The translations under genes were made by a program, and so were the position numbers. 64,000 bases of DNA from Bugula neritina (lineage: Eukaryota > Animalia > Bryozoa): positions 9,074,129-9,138,128 of the forward strand of contig OZ037769.1 of the NCBI GenBank assembly GCA_964035545.1. Direction: 5' to 3'. Under the pieces are notes generated by a model, which saw nothing but the letters and a program-made list of their open reading frames with translations, ran no database searches and had not been told where the DNA came from. Shown here piece by piece: positions 20,702 to 34,850 of this stretch. Every line of letters begins with the position of its first letter. Position 1 is the first letter of the stretch.

Positions 20702-23700
20702 CTTAGTAAAACTGTGTCTGCAACAATTCAGTTTGAGTGTAAAACTCGTCTAATGAATATAAATACATATCTGACAGAGTTACATAGTCTAAACTGCACC
20801 AGCACTCTTATTTTTGAGATAAAACATTTTTAAGTAAAAGACAATTACAATATAAAAGTTACTATGTTTATGGAATGCTCATGGCACATTATGATGAATA
20901 GCAAGTCCAGTGTGATAGCTTATTAAAAAGGCAGTTAACATAAAATGACTGTGCCATCTAAGAAATATAAATAAGGTGATACCTAATATGAAATTTAAAA
21001 CAAAGCTTTTTAAATAAAAAAAACACAGGACATTCTGTTTAAAGTTCATTGTAGCTAAAAAATTTAGAGAAAATATTTAAAACAGTTTATTCTCCTAGAG
21101 TAACAAACTCCATAGAATCACTAAGTTTAATTGAATAAATAGCCCCAAAGTATACTAATAACAACAAAAAATTAACACCATATCTTACAAGCTTATTCCA
21201 AATTTGTATTTCTATAACTACTATGAGCTTTTAAAGATTCCATGCTTTTTGTTCCAGAATGAAACAGGTTCAACCAGTTCCAACTTGCTGTGTTTTACCA
21301 TCACACAAGTCACAAACAGCACCAATATATTAAATAAATCATCACAAATTTCTAAAACTAAAATGACTTTAGTTTGGAAAGTATAGGGATAATAGCGTAC
21401 TCACTCATAAACTTAAAGCATGAACCAATAATATTTCATAAATTCATGAAATTTTGAACAAAATAATTAACATAATAATATTATGATTAATAATTACAAT
21501 GGTTGATCAAATAACAATAATTTAAAACTAAAGCATGTTTTATGAAAATATCTTCTTGATAACAAGAAGATAATGACTAAATAATAAATGGTTTCAGATA
21601 GAACAAAAAAAGTAGGTAGCAGATTAAAATTACCATATATTTTTAAGATTAAAACTATAGTATAAGTATAAGTATAAGCTTTGAGTTTAACACTTGCTTG
21701 AAAATTATTCTAACAAAATAATTTGATATAACATGGGCAGCAGAAATGATTTATGATCTTGAAATTAAGTAAAAGTCATAGAGTATACTTATTGTAAAAT
21801 TTAAACCAACTGCTCTTTTCAAGTTTACATTCAGTTTCACATCAACTTAGAGATCATATTGAATTTGATACTGATATTGATATCCATATTGATATTGAAT
21901 TTCATGTGATAAAACCTTGCTACTAGACATTAGTACAGTGACTTTCATTACTTCTACTAGTCAGTTAATTAGCATCCATTCCTTAATCAAAATGAAAACC
22001 AAGTTGAGCCTTCGGCCGGTTAATAAACTTAAACTAAAACATAATGATAAAGTTATAAAATTTAACTGGAAAATAAAAATAAAGTTCTCGTTAAACAATA
22101 ACAATCACATTCTGATTCTGATTCAAAATGAAAATAATATTGCCATCAATAGCTGTGATGATCTGTTATAATTATTCATTCAATATTGCATCAAACCCAA
22201 TAAAAATGATGAAATACTTGAAGACAAGTTGAAATTAATGCTAACAAATCTACAATTATAAGGTCGAATTATTTCCCTGTAAGCGGAGTTGATTAGAAAT
22301 CGTTTGAAACAGCACTGAGTTGATGGTCACTATCTGAATTGGTTCGGAGATCTCGAAATTGGAATGGAGATGTTTGGAGTTTGAACGGGGCGTGTATAAA
22401 ATACTGTACCAACTCAGTGCTGTTTTTAGCGATATTTGTTTTGTAACCTGCGCTAAAATTGTCTGTTTTGCATACCAGAAACGTTATATGGAACCCAAAG
22501 TTTACTGTTGCGTAGTTTAAGAGATAAACTAAGGTCAATGTCTCACTACTGCTAGCGCATGTTAGGATTTTGCAATCCTTACAAATAGCAAACCAGACCA
22601 TAATAATAATAATAATATATATGTTTTTTGTCATTATTTTGTCACTAAAATTTGAAAAATATATAATAATTGGTTTACAGCAATATAAGAAAGTTTACCA
22701 AGTTCTATAAAGTATGATTGCTGCGGCTAGAATAAAATAATATGATAACTTGGTAATAGCTTTTTTGAGTTATCTCCTCGCTTTCAACCGCTATAACCAC
22801 CCATGTGAACTGAACACCTTCAAGTCACGTATAAAATCTGGATTCTCAAGTTATATAATTGTTATTGGTTTTTATTGATTTACTGAGCTAAATTGTGTGC
22901 AACTGTAGAAAAACTGTTTCCTGTTTATTCTCCATCTATTGCCTCTATATTATATAGCCTTTGAGGGCATTATATTTAATTAGCACTATTACTTTCCAGC
23001 TGTGCTTTTCCGCCCAGTTTTCAAGGGGACGTGGTGTGGGGTGGGAGAGAGGGAAAATATTAATGATTATGTTATAATAGTAGAAGAACACTTTGAGCCA
23101 TTCACTCAAGGTGAATATTTTGCTGAACAAATATCACAAGTTAATTCACTAATGCAATTTTGCATAATATTAGATAATATTTAAATAGCCTAAATTTTAT
23201 GTAAAATGAGTGTAAGAAGTTTTTTATCTGGTAATTTTTACTTATTGGTTTGAAAAAATATATTTTCCAATTATCAATTTACTACTGCATTACTAGAACC
23301 ATTACTGGTTGTGAATTGTAGTTCGATCTGTTTGGGTGACCGTTGAGCTGCAGGCTCCAAGCTCCATTGATAGGTGATATCTTCCAAACATGGACAACTT
23401 TTGACTTGAAGCTCCAACACTTTAGATTAAGTCGTTTCATCATTTGCATTTTTGCTTTCCTCTCTTTTTCTTCCCAGCTGTTTTCCTCTCAGTGCACAAA
23501 ACACATTATCACACTATTGACAATGCCTTGTTCCCATATAATATTTGCAATAGACAGAGACTGCTTTTACTTTTGATTTGCTCCTCGTGTATATGTGTGC
23601 ATTAGCGCGCTCGAGCATGTAAGGAGATTTGTCTCCTCGTTAACACAGCAAGAGTATAGTGGCCATGAAAAAAATTGATTATAAAAAATGATAGATATAT

Positions 23701-24598
23701 TTATTCATCAATGTGATACTTCTGGACAGAGTAGAAGTACAACAAATTAAGACTATTTTTAAGTTATCTTCTAAAGATTATAATTGATATAATTTGACTT
23801 TCTACAAGTTCAAAACTAAATACAAGGTGCATCTCCCCAGAAAACCTGCTGCTAGTGTTTTGTTGCAAAGCATAAAAATTGACTTGATTTGGTTTTGAAA
23901 AAAATGTGCAGCAAAAAGTCGCTTATCAGCAGAGTTTTTCTGCTAAAGTGTTTAAGCTCATGAGGATATATAAAACAATATTGTTACCAGTAACTAATGC
24001 TTATAGGCTTTGCATCTTTCGATCAGTTATTGTGTTCTTCATCAAATGAAAAGTGCAAAGGGCACTATTTTACAATTTCACAAATGCTTCTGGTAATAAA
24101 CAACTATTAAGAAAATATGCTAACGAACTTTTAAAGCTTTATAAATCAAAACTGTTACAAAATATAAGTAAGGTCTATAAGTAAGCAAAACAAATTTATA
24201 TGTTAAGCATAAAATTGTTACATATTTGCGTCAAATAAATGACAATAATAATATGACACTGTGTAGTATAAGTACAGAATAGATTTTTTGTGACATTCAA
24301 TACATCAAGCTTTTATAATTATTTACACTGCAACTCCGCTACTCAATGAAAAGTGCTTACATTCAATAAAATAATAATAAATTTGGAGTTCGACTAGTAG
24401 AATGTATATACCAGAAGATATTGTTTATGGTAGAATCTTGTGCTGCATGTATATTTTATGTAGCAGCTTGCTGAGTGGCTAGAGCTTAACATTTTGAACC
24501 ATTATAGTTGATACTTTTTACCTATTTTTTATGAGTTGCTGAATCAAGAAAGCTGCAACTGCTGCTATTGATTCTAGTAGGTTCATTTCTATAGTTGT

Positions 24599-26091
24599 TC
24601 AGCTCTGCAGTGTGATGTGTATTTTGCTTAGTATTAGAGCCTGAGCTTGAATGACTGGAGCCAAGCAGCAGTTGATAAACTCACTATAAAACCTAAATAC
24701 AGAACAACCATATAGGTAGTATCATAACACAAATTGTATATGGAGCAAAATTACAGTATAGCATTTATACAGAGTAAATTAATTAATTATACATATTTTT
24801 TCAATTTTTTAGTTCTGGTTATTTTATGATTATTGTACTGTTGAAATTTTGCACCAACAACTTCTGTAGATTTTTGTCAAAGCAATCAAGTAGGGAAGTT
24901 CAATAAACTATATATGTAAGTTATACCATCTTACTGTATGTCCTACTTACCTCTGGGCACACTCCATGTTGATCTTCACAACCTTGTAGCAGGGAGTAAT
25001 ATGCCAGATGTGAGTGAAGCTTATACAGGCAAACACACAGCCCCACCACAGGGCCATTGGAATAGCACACACATAAGTTAGTATCATGTAGCATAGTCTT
25101 TTCCCACCTGCAATAAGATAATAGTATATACATCATATGCCCATTTGTTACCCTACACACAACACATAGTTTAATTCACCCTTCACTCTCACCTGTGAAA
25201 CATTTGAAGGCCCATGTCCAGACACAGTCTGCTGAATGAGCCCCTTCAGGCTCCCCGATGACATCATCATATAAAATCTAAAAGTATACAGCATCTCATA
25301 TATTATGTATAATTATAGTTTTGGGTTAGTGGCCAAGGTAAGACAACAACAAACCCTTTATGACACAAAAAATGAATCTCCCTTATTTCAAACTCTCTTT
25401 TGTTTATCCTTAATACTTATATACTATTTTGTAGCATAGTATACATTCTGCAGGTGATCATAGAATAATAAACATTGAACAAAATTTTATTTTTTGGTAG
25501 CATAACATATAATATTGTAGATTTCCTGGCCCTCTCTATATACTAGATCCTAGGACTATGGATTGCATTATGTTAATATTTATGTAATAGCACATAAAGC
25601 AGAAGCATTAAAAATGACTATAATCTTTACTTACTTTTCTATTTGTGCCGTTATTACCGGTGCCATTTTTACTGGACACTGATAGTAATATATTACCTTG
25701 AACTTACCTAGGTGTTGTAATAGCAGGTCTCCTGTATGGAATATTAAAATATTTTTGAGCTTGATTGCTATTTATTAGTTTAACAGAGCTTCTACTATCC
25801 TAAAAGCCCAGTTGACTCAGTACGGTTGCATTGGTTATAAGAAATAAACTTTGCACGTAGATAATATTCAATTCTCATTTGTTAAAATGTTTATAATGTA
25901 ATTAAAACACATTAATGCAAGCGTACAACCAAAACCGAATTGTAACTTGAAAAGAAATTTTACACAACTACACACTATCTCACCTGTAGGTGGGTGTTGA
26001 GGCTCTTAGGGTCTCTGTTTACTAGATCTGCTTCTGCCAGATTTATTCTAGAATCTTCCGATTGGCTCACTGGTATGTACCCTTCTGCCAT
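24599..26091 (-). CDS. CAV: Caveolin paralog A (4 coding exons)
   Basis: DLVNRDPKSLN, signature variant YDDVIGEPEGAHS, intramembrane segment ILTYVCAIPMALWWGCVFACISFTHIWHITPC. Confidence 0.93.
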
Positions 26092-29000
26092 ATTCACACA
26101 CTAATAGGCAACTGGTGCTGCATTGCTAGCCTCATAGCAATTATAATACGTACTGCAAAGTGGCAATCCCAAGAGACTTGGCTAGCAGCAAATAGTCAGA
26201 TTATCTTGTTATTAGACAGTAAACTCATGCACTAAACAAACTTGACATGTTTGCATTAAGACCACATTTAGCACTTTGCAGCTGCTCTCCACTTTTTACC
26301 AAAATCAAGCCCCAACGTGAACAGAATACTACTTGAATAGTTGTACTCAGTTGCATGGGTCACGGTGATTCTAACACATGAAATCAACACAACCACCTGC
26401 CACACAAAACTATATGTGAATATATATATAAATATTTCGAATGTTGTTCACAGCCGCCAGTTGAAATACATTATAGGCTACAGATTAATCATTTGAAAGT
26501 GCAGCCATGATATAGTGATTAGCTCTGGCCTATTATGATGCAGTTCATGGGTTCTCACATGCAGAGATGAGGCTGAACAGGCATGAGTTTTATATAAAGT
26601 AATAATTTCAGGTAATATTTTATAATAAAGTATAAGCAGTTCAATCTATAGTTTATTAGTTTCGTTTTATAAGGTCAACAAATTAGACAAAAATATTTCA
26701 CCAGAGTTTTATACTGTAGGTTATAAATGTATACTGTATCTTGTATTGCTAATTGTATAAATGAAGTATTTATATTATGCAATATGAAGCAAGCAACTAT
26801 TCCTAACTGTATGTAATTGTATTATAAGAACTTTGTATTGCATAAACTCATTGGGTAATAATTTTTCTTGATAGGCTTGATATAAATAAATAAGTTAATA
26901 AACAAAATTAAAATTACCGTTTACACTGATCTATCAATATAGACAAAAACAAACAGTGGTAACTATTATTAAGAAGTTAGTGGCTCATTAAATAATTTCA
27001 GAGAATAAATTAGAGGCTGAATAGGATTTAACATAACACAAAATAAATTTTCTTATGCTTAAACACAAAAAATGACTTAAAACTTATTTTAGAAATATTA
27101 AAATAAAATTTGAAGGCAGAAACATTATAAGCAAAGGTTTGGTAAAAATACATAATTATAATAAACTTTATATAACATGCTTTTTCTAAGGAATTTCACG
27201 TAACAAAAATCACTTGTATATTAAACTAGAAGTTTGGATATGAAGATACCTCAAATTACATGTTACAACACATATATAAAAGCATTATTTTAGAAACAGA
27301 TTACAGTTATGTGTGAGCTTCTTGGGTGTAGCTACATTTCATAGAAAAATATATTTTCCTCCATTGGTTAATATCTCATGGCCACTAGAAGTTAAATTGC
27401 CCAAAAACGAACCAGAATTATTTAATCATGCTGAAATTATCTCCATGCATCACTCCAGGCATTGGTAGTCAATGATATAGCCAAATACTCAATTACTCTT
27501 TTATAACAACACAGCAAAACTATGAAATATTGCATAAAATTGCAAGAAATTAGCAAATTCAAAATATATAAAGAATTTTTGCAAAAATTTTGGATGAAAA
27601 TGCAGCATAAATCCAGAAACATAGCTTCCAGCTGCAACACAAAAATCAGTTAATAATTCTAATTAAATTTTAAAACTCAGTTGTATTTTTCTGCTTCTCA
27701 GTAATATACCCATTGCATGCCATGGCTTTAATTCTGCTGTTGCAATACTCTGAACATGTATTCTATCTCAACATGGCATTTGAAATAATCATGTGTTGCT
27801 TACTATCAAAGTATTATTGAAAAATATCACTGAGCACATGGAAATATTACTGTAATATAGCTTAAATTATTTGTGAAGCGTTACATTACTTTATTATTCT
27901 TACCATGCCATGTTATTATACAAAGGAGTTATGTTATCATGTCATTGTTATATTGAGTTATGTTAACATGTGCACTATAGCGAGTTAAATAAAATCAGCA
28001 CTTCCTCTCAAGCAATCCAACATAAAAAAGGTGGTATTTTGATAGCTTCTACTTTGTAATTTGTATAAATACATTTCAAGGCCAACGTTTGTAATTCTGT
28101 TTTGGTTTGTTTTTATACATGAGTTTGTATAACAACTTAATTTGAACTACTGCTTTAGCGATATCACTGGTCGGCCAAAGATAAATTACTTGTTTCTTTT
28201 TCTAACCCATTACCAATAAACTAACTTCTAAGTGCAATAAATTCAATATACATAACACAGTTGTATTGTTTTATAGTGAACCATATGCACATTGTACAAT
28301 GTTACACAAAACACTTGGTTATCATATTGCACTCATAGTTGTAAAGCTATAAATAATTATTCAGTTATGAAAAATTTAAAACAGGCTAATAAATTAAAAC
28401 TACAACATTTTGTTAATTCATAACAATTATATACATCCTACACTCTAATGTTCTGTATAATCTAATTTATTATTGCACTCTATAATAACTAATATTTTGT
28501 ACTCCATATTAACTAATATATTGCACAATTAGAAAAGTTCAACAAAGTTTTGTTAGACTCCAGAAAATGAAGTGAAAGTTATATATAGCTCAGACTATAA
28601 GTTACAGTGACTACTGAGTACAAGATATGCTCCAATTAATAGGTGTGGCAGACCAAAGCAGGTGGGTGTTGGTCAGTATTAACCTGTAAAATAAAAATGT
28701 ATAGTGAATAACTAATAGACAGTTACTAATAGCAATTGTTTCTAGCATTAGTCCTTTTTTGCATATAGAACCACTCTCTGATTTTACACAAACTGTAAAA
28801 AATGCTTTTACTCAAGGAAATCTTGGCTTAAACAGACTTTGGGAAAAAGTAATATTAGACATTTTTAGAAAGATTAAGAGCATCCAATAAATTTGCAGCC
28901 ACAATTTAACAAACTAGCAAAAACTATAACTGCACTTTTGCCATGTATATTAATCAATTATATATTATAGTGACTGTAGGTACAATAGTGGATAGCAGCT

Positions 29001-29268
29001 ACAGGCTTGGTTCTAGCAAAAGGTAGTACCAGAATGTACTAGAATTGTGTGCCAGACCAACTATGTGTGAGATTAATTTATTCACACTAATTGCTAGATA
29101 AACTTGTTGATAACTTTTTCATAAACCCTAAAATGATAATCTATCAATTACCACACTAGCATTTCCTGTTGAACAGGCATTTAATACATTAACTTGGCCA
29201 AGGCTAATTTGAAAAATGTTAGCCTTGTTACACATAGCAGTTTGGCTGGATGGTCAATAATATCTGCT

Positions 29269-29361
29269 TCTATCTATTTCTACAGCTATGTAGTGTGCAA
29301 TATGTCTATCTATTTCTACAGCTATGTAGTGTGCGATCTGTCCATCTATTTCTACAGCTAT
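29269..29361. repeat. 36-bp minisatellite, about 2.6 copies
   Basis: Unit TCTATCTATTTCTACAGCTATGTAGTGTGCAATATG. Confidence 0.85.
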
Positions 29362-29859
29362 AAAGATTGTAACATGAGGTCTCCTGATTATATTATTGCA
29401 ACAAGTTTTCAGATCCCATATCAATATTAGTTTTTCGTTGTTCAAAATGTAAGCAAAGGTTATACTACATTATAGAAAGGAAGCTTTTCAAAACAATATT
29501 ATTTACAATATGGTGCTAGGTCAGCCCTCATGCAAGAAGCAGGTGTGAGATTGGGGAAAATTTGAAAGGCTTCTGTTTTTATTTTAGATAAATATTCACT
29601 CAAGAGAAGCTACATTCCTGATTTTCGCTTTTCATTTCAAACCAAAATTTCTAGGAATATTCACACAACCACAGTGTTAACATTTCTCTGCATGTAGCTA
29701 TAAATGCAAACAAACCAGTAAATAACAAGCAGTTTTATTACAGACTATTATAACAGAGAGAGTATTAGCCTGCTAATATATTTGATCTATAACATATAAT
29801 ATTTAATACACAATAGTGATCAAATGTTACCTAATTAAAGCAGTTGATGGGTTGTGTTC

Positions 29860-32719
29860 CTATCTCTCATCTTTTATGGTAACGTGTATTCTACTGAATA
29901 TCAGAGCCTGTGCTTCTATGCATGGTACGAGGAAGCAGTTGATGTATGTACTGTAGAACCTGTAATTTATAAAACCAAAGCTACTATTTGCAGTTAATAA
30001 TTTCTGACACCATACTATTGTATAATTAAAAAAAAGCATCCAGATGTACCGCAAGTATGACAGAAAGGTAGATAAAGTGCTACTCTGTATCTCACAGATC
30101 CCATTCTCATAAAATAGAGTAGGTCACTAGAAGGGCTTGAACCCCTGTTTTGTGGCTTATGTATGTGTTTATAGGGCCAAAATCGACTAGTTTAACAGAA
30201 CCGAGACTTAAATCTGATATTCTACTATGTCACGAATTTAGGTTTTGAAACCCGTAGCTTAGTGAGATGTGGAGGGAGCATTGTATCAACAAGCAACTCA
30301 AAACTTCCATGCAGGCAAGAGATTTATGCATTGGGAATACATGAAATAATTTTGTGGATATTTTAATATAGCTTATTAACATATCATAAAAACGTTAGTA
30401 TTTCTTACCTCTGAGCACACTCCATGTTGATCTTCACAACCTTGTAGCAGGGAGTTATATGCCAGATGTGAGTGAAACTGATACAGGCAAACACACAACC
30501 CCACCACAGTGCCATTGGAATAGCACACACATAAGTTAGTATCATATAGCATAGTCTTTTCCCACCTGCAATAAAATAATAGTATATACATCATGTGTCC
30601 ATTTGTTACCCTACATACAATACATAGTTTAATTCATCTTTCACTCTCACCTGTGAAACATTTGAAGGCCCATGTCCAGACACAGTCTGCTGAATGAGCC
30701 CCTTCAGGCTCCCCGATGACGTCATCATATAGTACCTTCAATCAAAGAGAGTTTTATGTCATTCGAATTATTGTACAAGCTTTGTTTCTGCTTTAAATCC
30801 GTATATCAAAATACTATATTTCGTATTTGAAACTTGAAAATGTCTATAATGTTTATAATATTTAAAATTTCAACGTTGTTCTTCAGTATGTTATTAAAAC
30901 TATAACCATGCTTTGGACAAATAAGCTAAGTTTTTCTGTAGCTTTATAAGATATAAATTAACCCCTTTTCAAAACTATTACTTGTTTTTAATTTCTGATT
31001 CCGATTTTGTACTTTCTACAAGCCCAAGACCCAACATTCTCTGTCAATTAACTATTATTATATGTATTACATATATAATGTATAGTATTATATAATGTAC
31101 TTATTACTATAAGTCAATTGGCAAACTAATTGTATATAATATATAAACATATGTTGATTGTAAACACATGTAATTTATATTATTAATACATCATATATTC
31201 ATATATATTACTGTATATTGTACACACACACACACGCACACGCGCGCGCGCACACACACACCCACGCTTTTGTTTAGAAGTGTATTTTGTCAGCTTATTT
31301 TAAAGTGGTAGTAGCGTCTGTGAAGTATTGAAGTAATGCAGTGATGATAGACTAGTGATACTAGCAGATCAATAGAAATGTAGTATTTTGGTAACTTGGT
31401 GACATAATATGATTGCCCAACAGATCTTTACAATATAATAGTGACCAGGTAGAATCACTTTGTTTCCATTGCCTGTTTGGGAACAGTTTGGGAACAGAAT
31501 AAAACCACAACCATAAGTTAATATAGACCCAACTACAAATCCATCAAAGGAGCATTCATACAGATCCAGTGGAAACACAGTGCCTGTGATCATTAAGAAT
31601 TATGTAGTTATTTTGTAGTAATAATAAGCTAGTGCAAGGTAGTGTGGTAGTGTGGTAGTGGTTATCCACAAATTAGCATGTCAAATGCAAGTTTACAAGT
31701 GTGATAATGTAAAGTATCAGTGAATATGAAATAGAAACTTGCATTACGGAATTATATTATATATATGCCTACTATAGGCCTACTGTGTGAATTGTACTGT
31801 GTGAATTATACTGTGTGAATGGTACTGTGTGAATTGTTCATATGGTGTGTATAATTAGCAATTTCCATAGTTGCTTGAATGTTTAAGCTAAATTAGCAGT
31901 TTTACAATGACTACTTTAGCTGTTTAGTGCCCAACACAAACTCCATTATCTGTTTAACTAAATATTTATACTCGGTGACTTATTGTTAATTCACTAAAAA
32001 GCCTGGTGGTGTCTGCCAATGCTTTGTTTACTATGAAGCATGATGCACTCAAGTTAAACATATCACTGAACATATTTATTTGATGCAAAACAATGTTTTT
32101 AAAGCTAAAATAAGATGTAAACAGTTTTTGAGAAAAAGTGAACTATAGATATCCCACCGTTTTGGACAAAATGTGAATTAACACACATATAAGTATATGT
32201 ATGTTAGAGAAGTTGTGAATACAGTACACTTCTACAGCAATAAACTGCAGCAAATTAAGAGTCATGAATCTTGCAAAAACTATAGAACCTTGTTATACAA
32301 GGTAAAGCAGATTATTTTTTCATTAATCTGTTTTCAGTAATCGAATTTGTAATTATATTGCTATTAAAATAGTTCATGTAAGCAAAACCAAGCGTTAATT
32401 TTCTTGCTGTTTAATTTAGCAAATTCACTCCAAACTCTGTAAAACTATGTATATATTTAATAAAAAGTCAGCCAACAATTTGTTATAGTAGGCCTATTAT
32501 TTGCTCATTACGGATGTCAGTGATTCGAATTTCAAAGGACAAAATTGAACTGTCACCCAAAAGCTTTTAAAAATAAACATCATAGATTATATATCAACGA
32601 TTGCTTACAGCGATGTGACCATTTAAATCATTTGGATCCCTGTTGATTAAGTCAATTTGTCCTGGATCTACACCATCTCTTTCAGTTCTATTCACATTCA
32701 TATTTCCATCATCAGCCAT
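29860..32719 (-). CDS. CAV: Caveolin paralog B (4 coding exons; likely non-coding first exon near 33319-33470)
   Basis: DLINRDPNDLNGHIA^VLYDDVIGEPEGAHS; last exon FYSTYINCFLVPCIEAQ. Confidence 0.93.
31221..31262. repeat. (CA)n/(CG)n alternating purine-pyrimidine microsatellite
   Basis: ACACACACACACACGCACACGCGCGCGCGCACACACACA. Confidence 0.9.
31781..31837. repeat. 14-bp tandem repeat x4
   Basis: Unit TACTGTGTGAATTG. Confidence 0.85.
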
Positions 32720-34269
32720 AGTTGAATACTGTTAGCTAAATGCAATAGGCAATGGTCTCATAAATTGGCATCAAGTAATGACAGATTTCCTTATCTCTTT
32801 CTGGTTATGCAGGAAGACAAACTTATTGTACAACAGCAAGTATATTCAGCTATTTTTTAATGACAGTGGTGATCATTGTTAACAGGTGGCCAATTTAGAA
32901 ACTAGTTTTATTATATATTAGCAAATATTTAAACTTAGATTATTACTATACAAAGCTTGGAAAAAAATTGAGTAAATTTTAGTACACATTATCAATACAT
33001 CATATCTGTAGGTCAATTATTTTACACTATAATATTTGTAAATGGTAGACTTGCACCAAATTCTAAACTAATAAAGCATCAGATATAGGTTATGATCATT
33101 CTGCCTAGCATAGCAAATTTGTCTGAAATCTCAAATTACAGTTTCAAGACTCAGAAAGAATGTCGTCCACAAAGCACAAAGTATTGACTATCTAGTGACC
33201 ATGCTTACCATCACAAATGCAATTGTGCATTTCACTGCGACAGCTTAAGTACAATACTATTGCAAATTCTATTTTATCTTAGTAATAGATATATATTTAT
33301 ATTTACAAAAAAACTTACCTGTTCAACAAGGAGTAAGCAGGCGGTAGATAGCTGTGCAAGTAGAGATGTTACTCTACTGACTACAGTGACAGATGACAAT
33401 GATAAGATACCTGATCCTTGTTAGAGCCTCTTCCATTCAGCTTGTTCTCAAATGTTTGCACAAAACAAATAGCTATTCAGATTTCTCCCTATAATAAAGG
33501 GCGGCTAAATTGTTTTGTTGATAGAGCAGTATCTCCACTGTTGTGAGCAAAGTTTGATATGCTCTGTCTTAATGAGATAGAGCATTATCCCACTTGATTA
33601 GAATGTTTAGATTGTGCATTTTCAAAAGTGTTCTGGCGGTATTCATCTCACATTTGTGTCAAAAGACTGGAAGCACTACTTTAACATGTTTAGTACATTT
33701 TTAAATCTCAAGCGTTTTTATGTTGGCTTTCCAAAAAATGAAAATATGTTTTTTATATAATATATAGGTGCTCAAGTGCGTGTGTGTTATAGATAATATA
33801 TATTAGCTAAAAAGTTAAGAGCTTTATGCAGACAAAGTAATGTAGTATTGTAGGCCTTTGATCAATTACAAGATGTTATTAGAAATTTATTTCTCTCTCA
33901 AGCAACTAAAGCGCTACAAAATTGCTTCAATATCATTTCAACAATTTAAAGCTAGCCAAGATATGTGCAGGTTTAAAGATATTATAAGGTTCAATATTAA
34001 TTTGCAATTTTTAAAACCACGTCATAATTAAGCTGTACTCCAAAACAATGAGGGGGGGTAATGTCACAATAGAAGGTAAAGTAACTCCAAAAATATACAT
34101 ATAACATGCTCAGCAGCTGTTGTTCTGCAATGCATATTCACCATCAAATTGTAAACTTGTTGTGATTCAAGATAACTTAGTGACTGACTCAGTGAGTAAT
34201 CTAGAATAAGTGAAGCAGATAGTTGAAACTTGCTAAATTGGTACTAATTGTGATTCAGTACACATATGT

Positions 34270-34462
34270 GCAGTAGCAGTTGCACTAGTAGCAGTAGCAC
34301 TAGCAGTAGCACTAGCAGTAGCACTAGCAGTAGCACTAGCAGTAGCACTAGCAGTAGCACTAGTAGCACTAGCACTAGCAGTTGCACTAGTAGCACTAGC
34401 ACTAGCAGTTGCACTAGTAGCAGTAACACAAGTAGCACTAGCACTAGCAGTAGCACTAGTAA
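34270..34462. repeat. (ACTAGCAGTAGC)n low-complexity tandem repeat
   Basis: 12-bp unit with 6- and 9-bp variants; produces spurious Ser/Thr and Leu/Val ORFs. Confidence 0.9.
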
Positions 34463-34850
34463 TAGTACGCAGGGCAGTAGCTCAAGGGATAACGATGAGT
34501 TTGATTACAGCAGCATATCTTTGCTGTGGTTAGCTAATCTTTTAACCCTTTTGATTCAGTAAAGTTTTACTGAGAGTTGAGAGAGTATATTGATTGTATG
34601 TCATGCATTATTGTTAACGAAAGTAAAACAGAATAAAGCATATATCATAATAGTGAAAATAAGTATACAAAATTTACGAAATAGTGTGAGGTTTTTTTCA
34701 TCACGGATTTATTTTGCAGAGGCATTCATACACTTATTTCTATATCACAAATAAAACGTAGCCTAATCATTCAATACCACAATATCAATAATTATCATGT
34801 CACGTAGTGATCCGTGTACGAAGTCATTGATAAATCTTACTTAGGGCTGG

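Noticed and set aside
21000-24500. Short ORFs in the AT-rich intergenic region
   Set aside because: No recognisable motifs or splice-consistent exon chain; low-complexity composition.
29269-29361. CRISPR-like 36-bp repeats
   Set aside because: No unique spacers, eukaryotic context, no cas genes; an ordinary minisatellite.
34244-34562. Ser/Thr-rich and Leu/Val-rich ORFs
   Set aside because: They are translations of a 12-bp tandem repeat.
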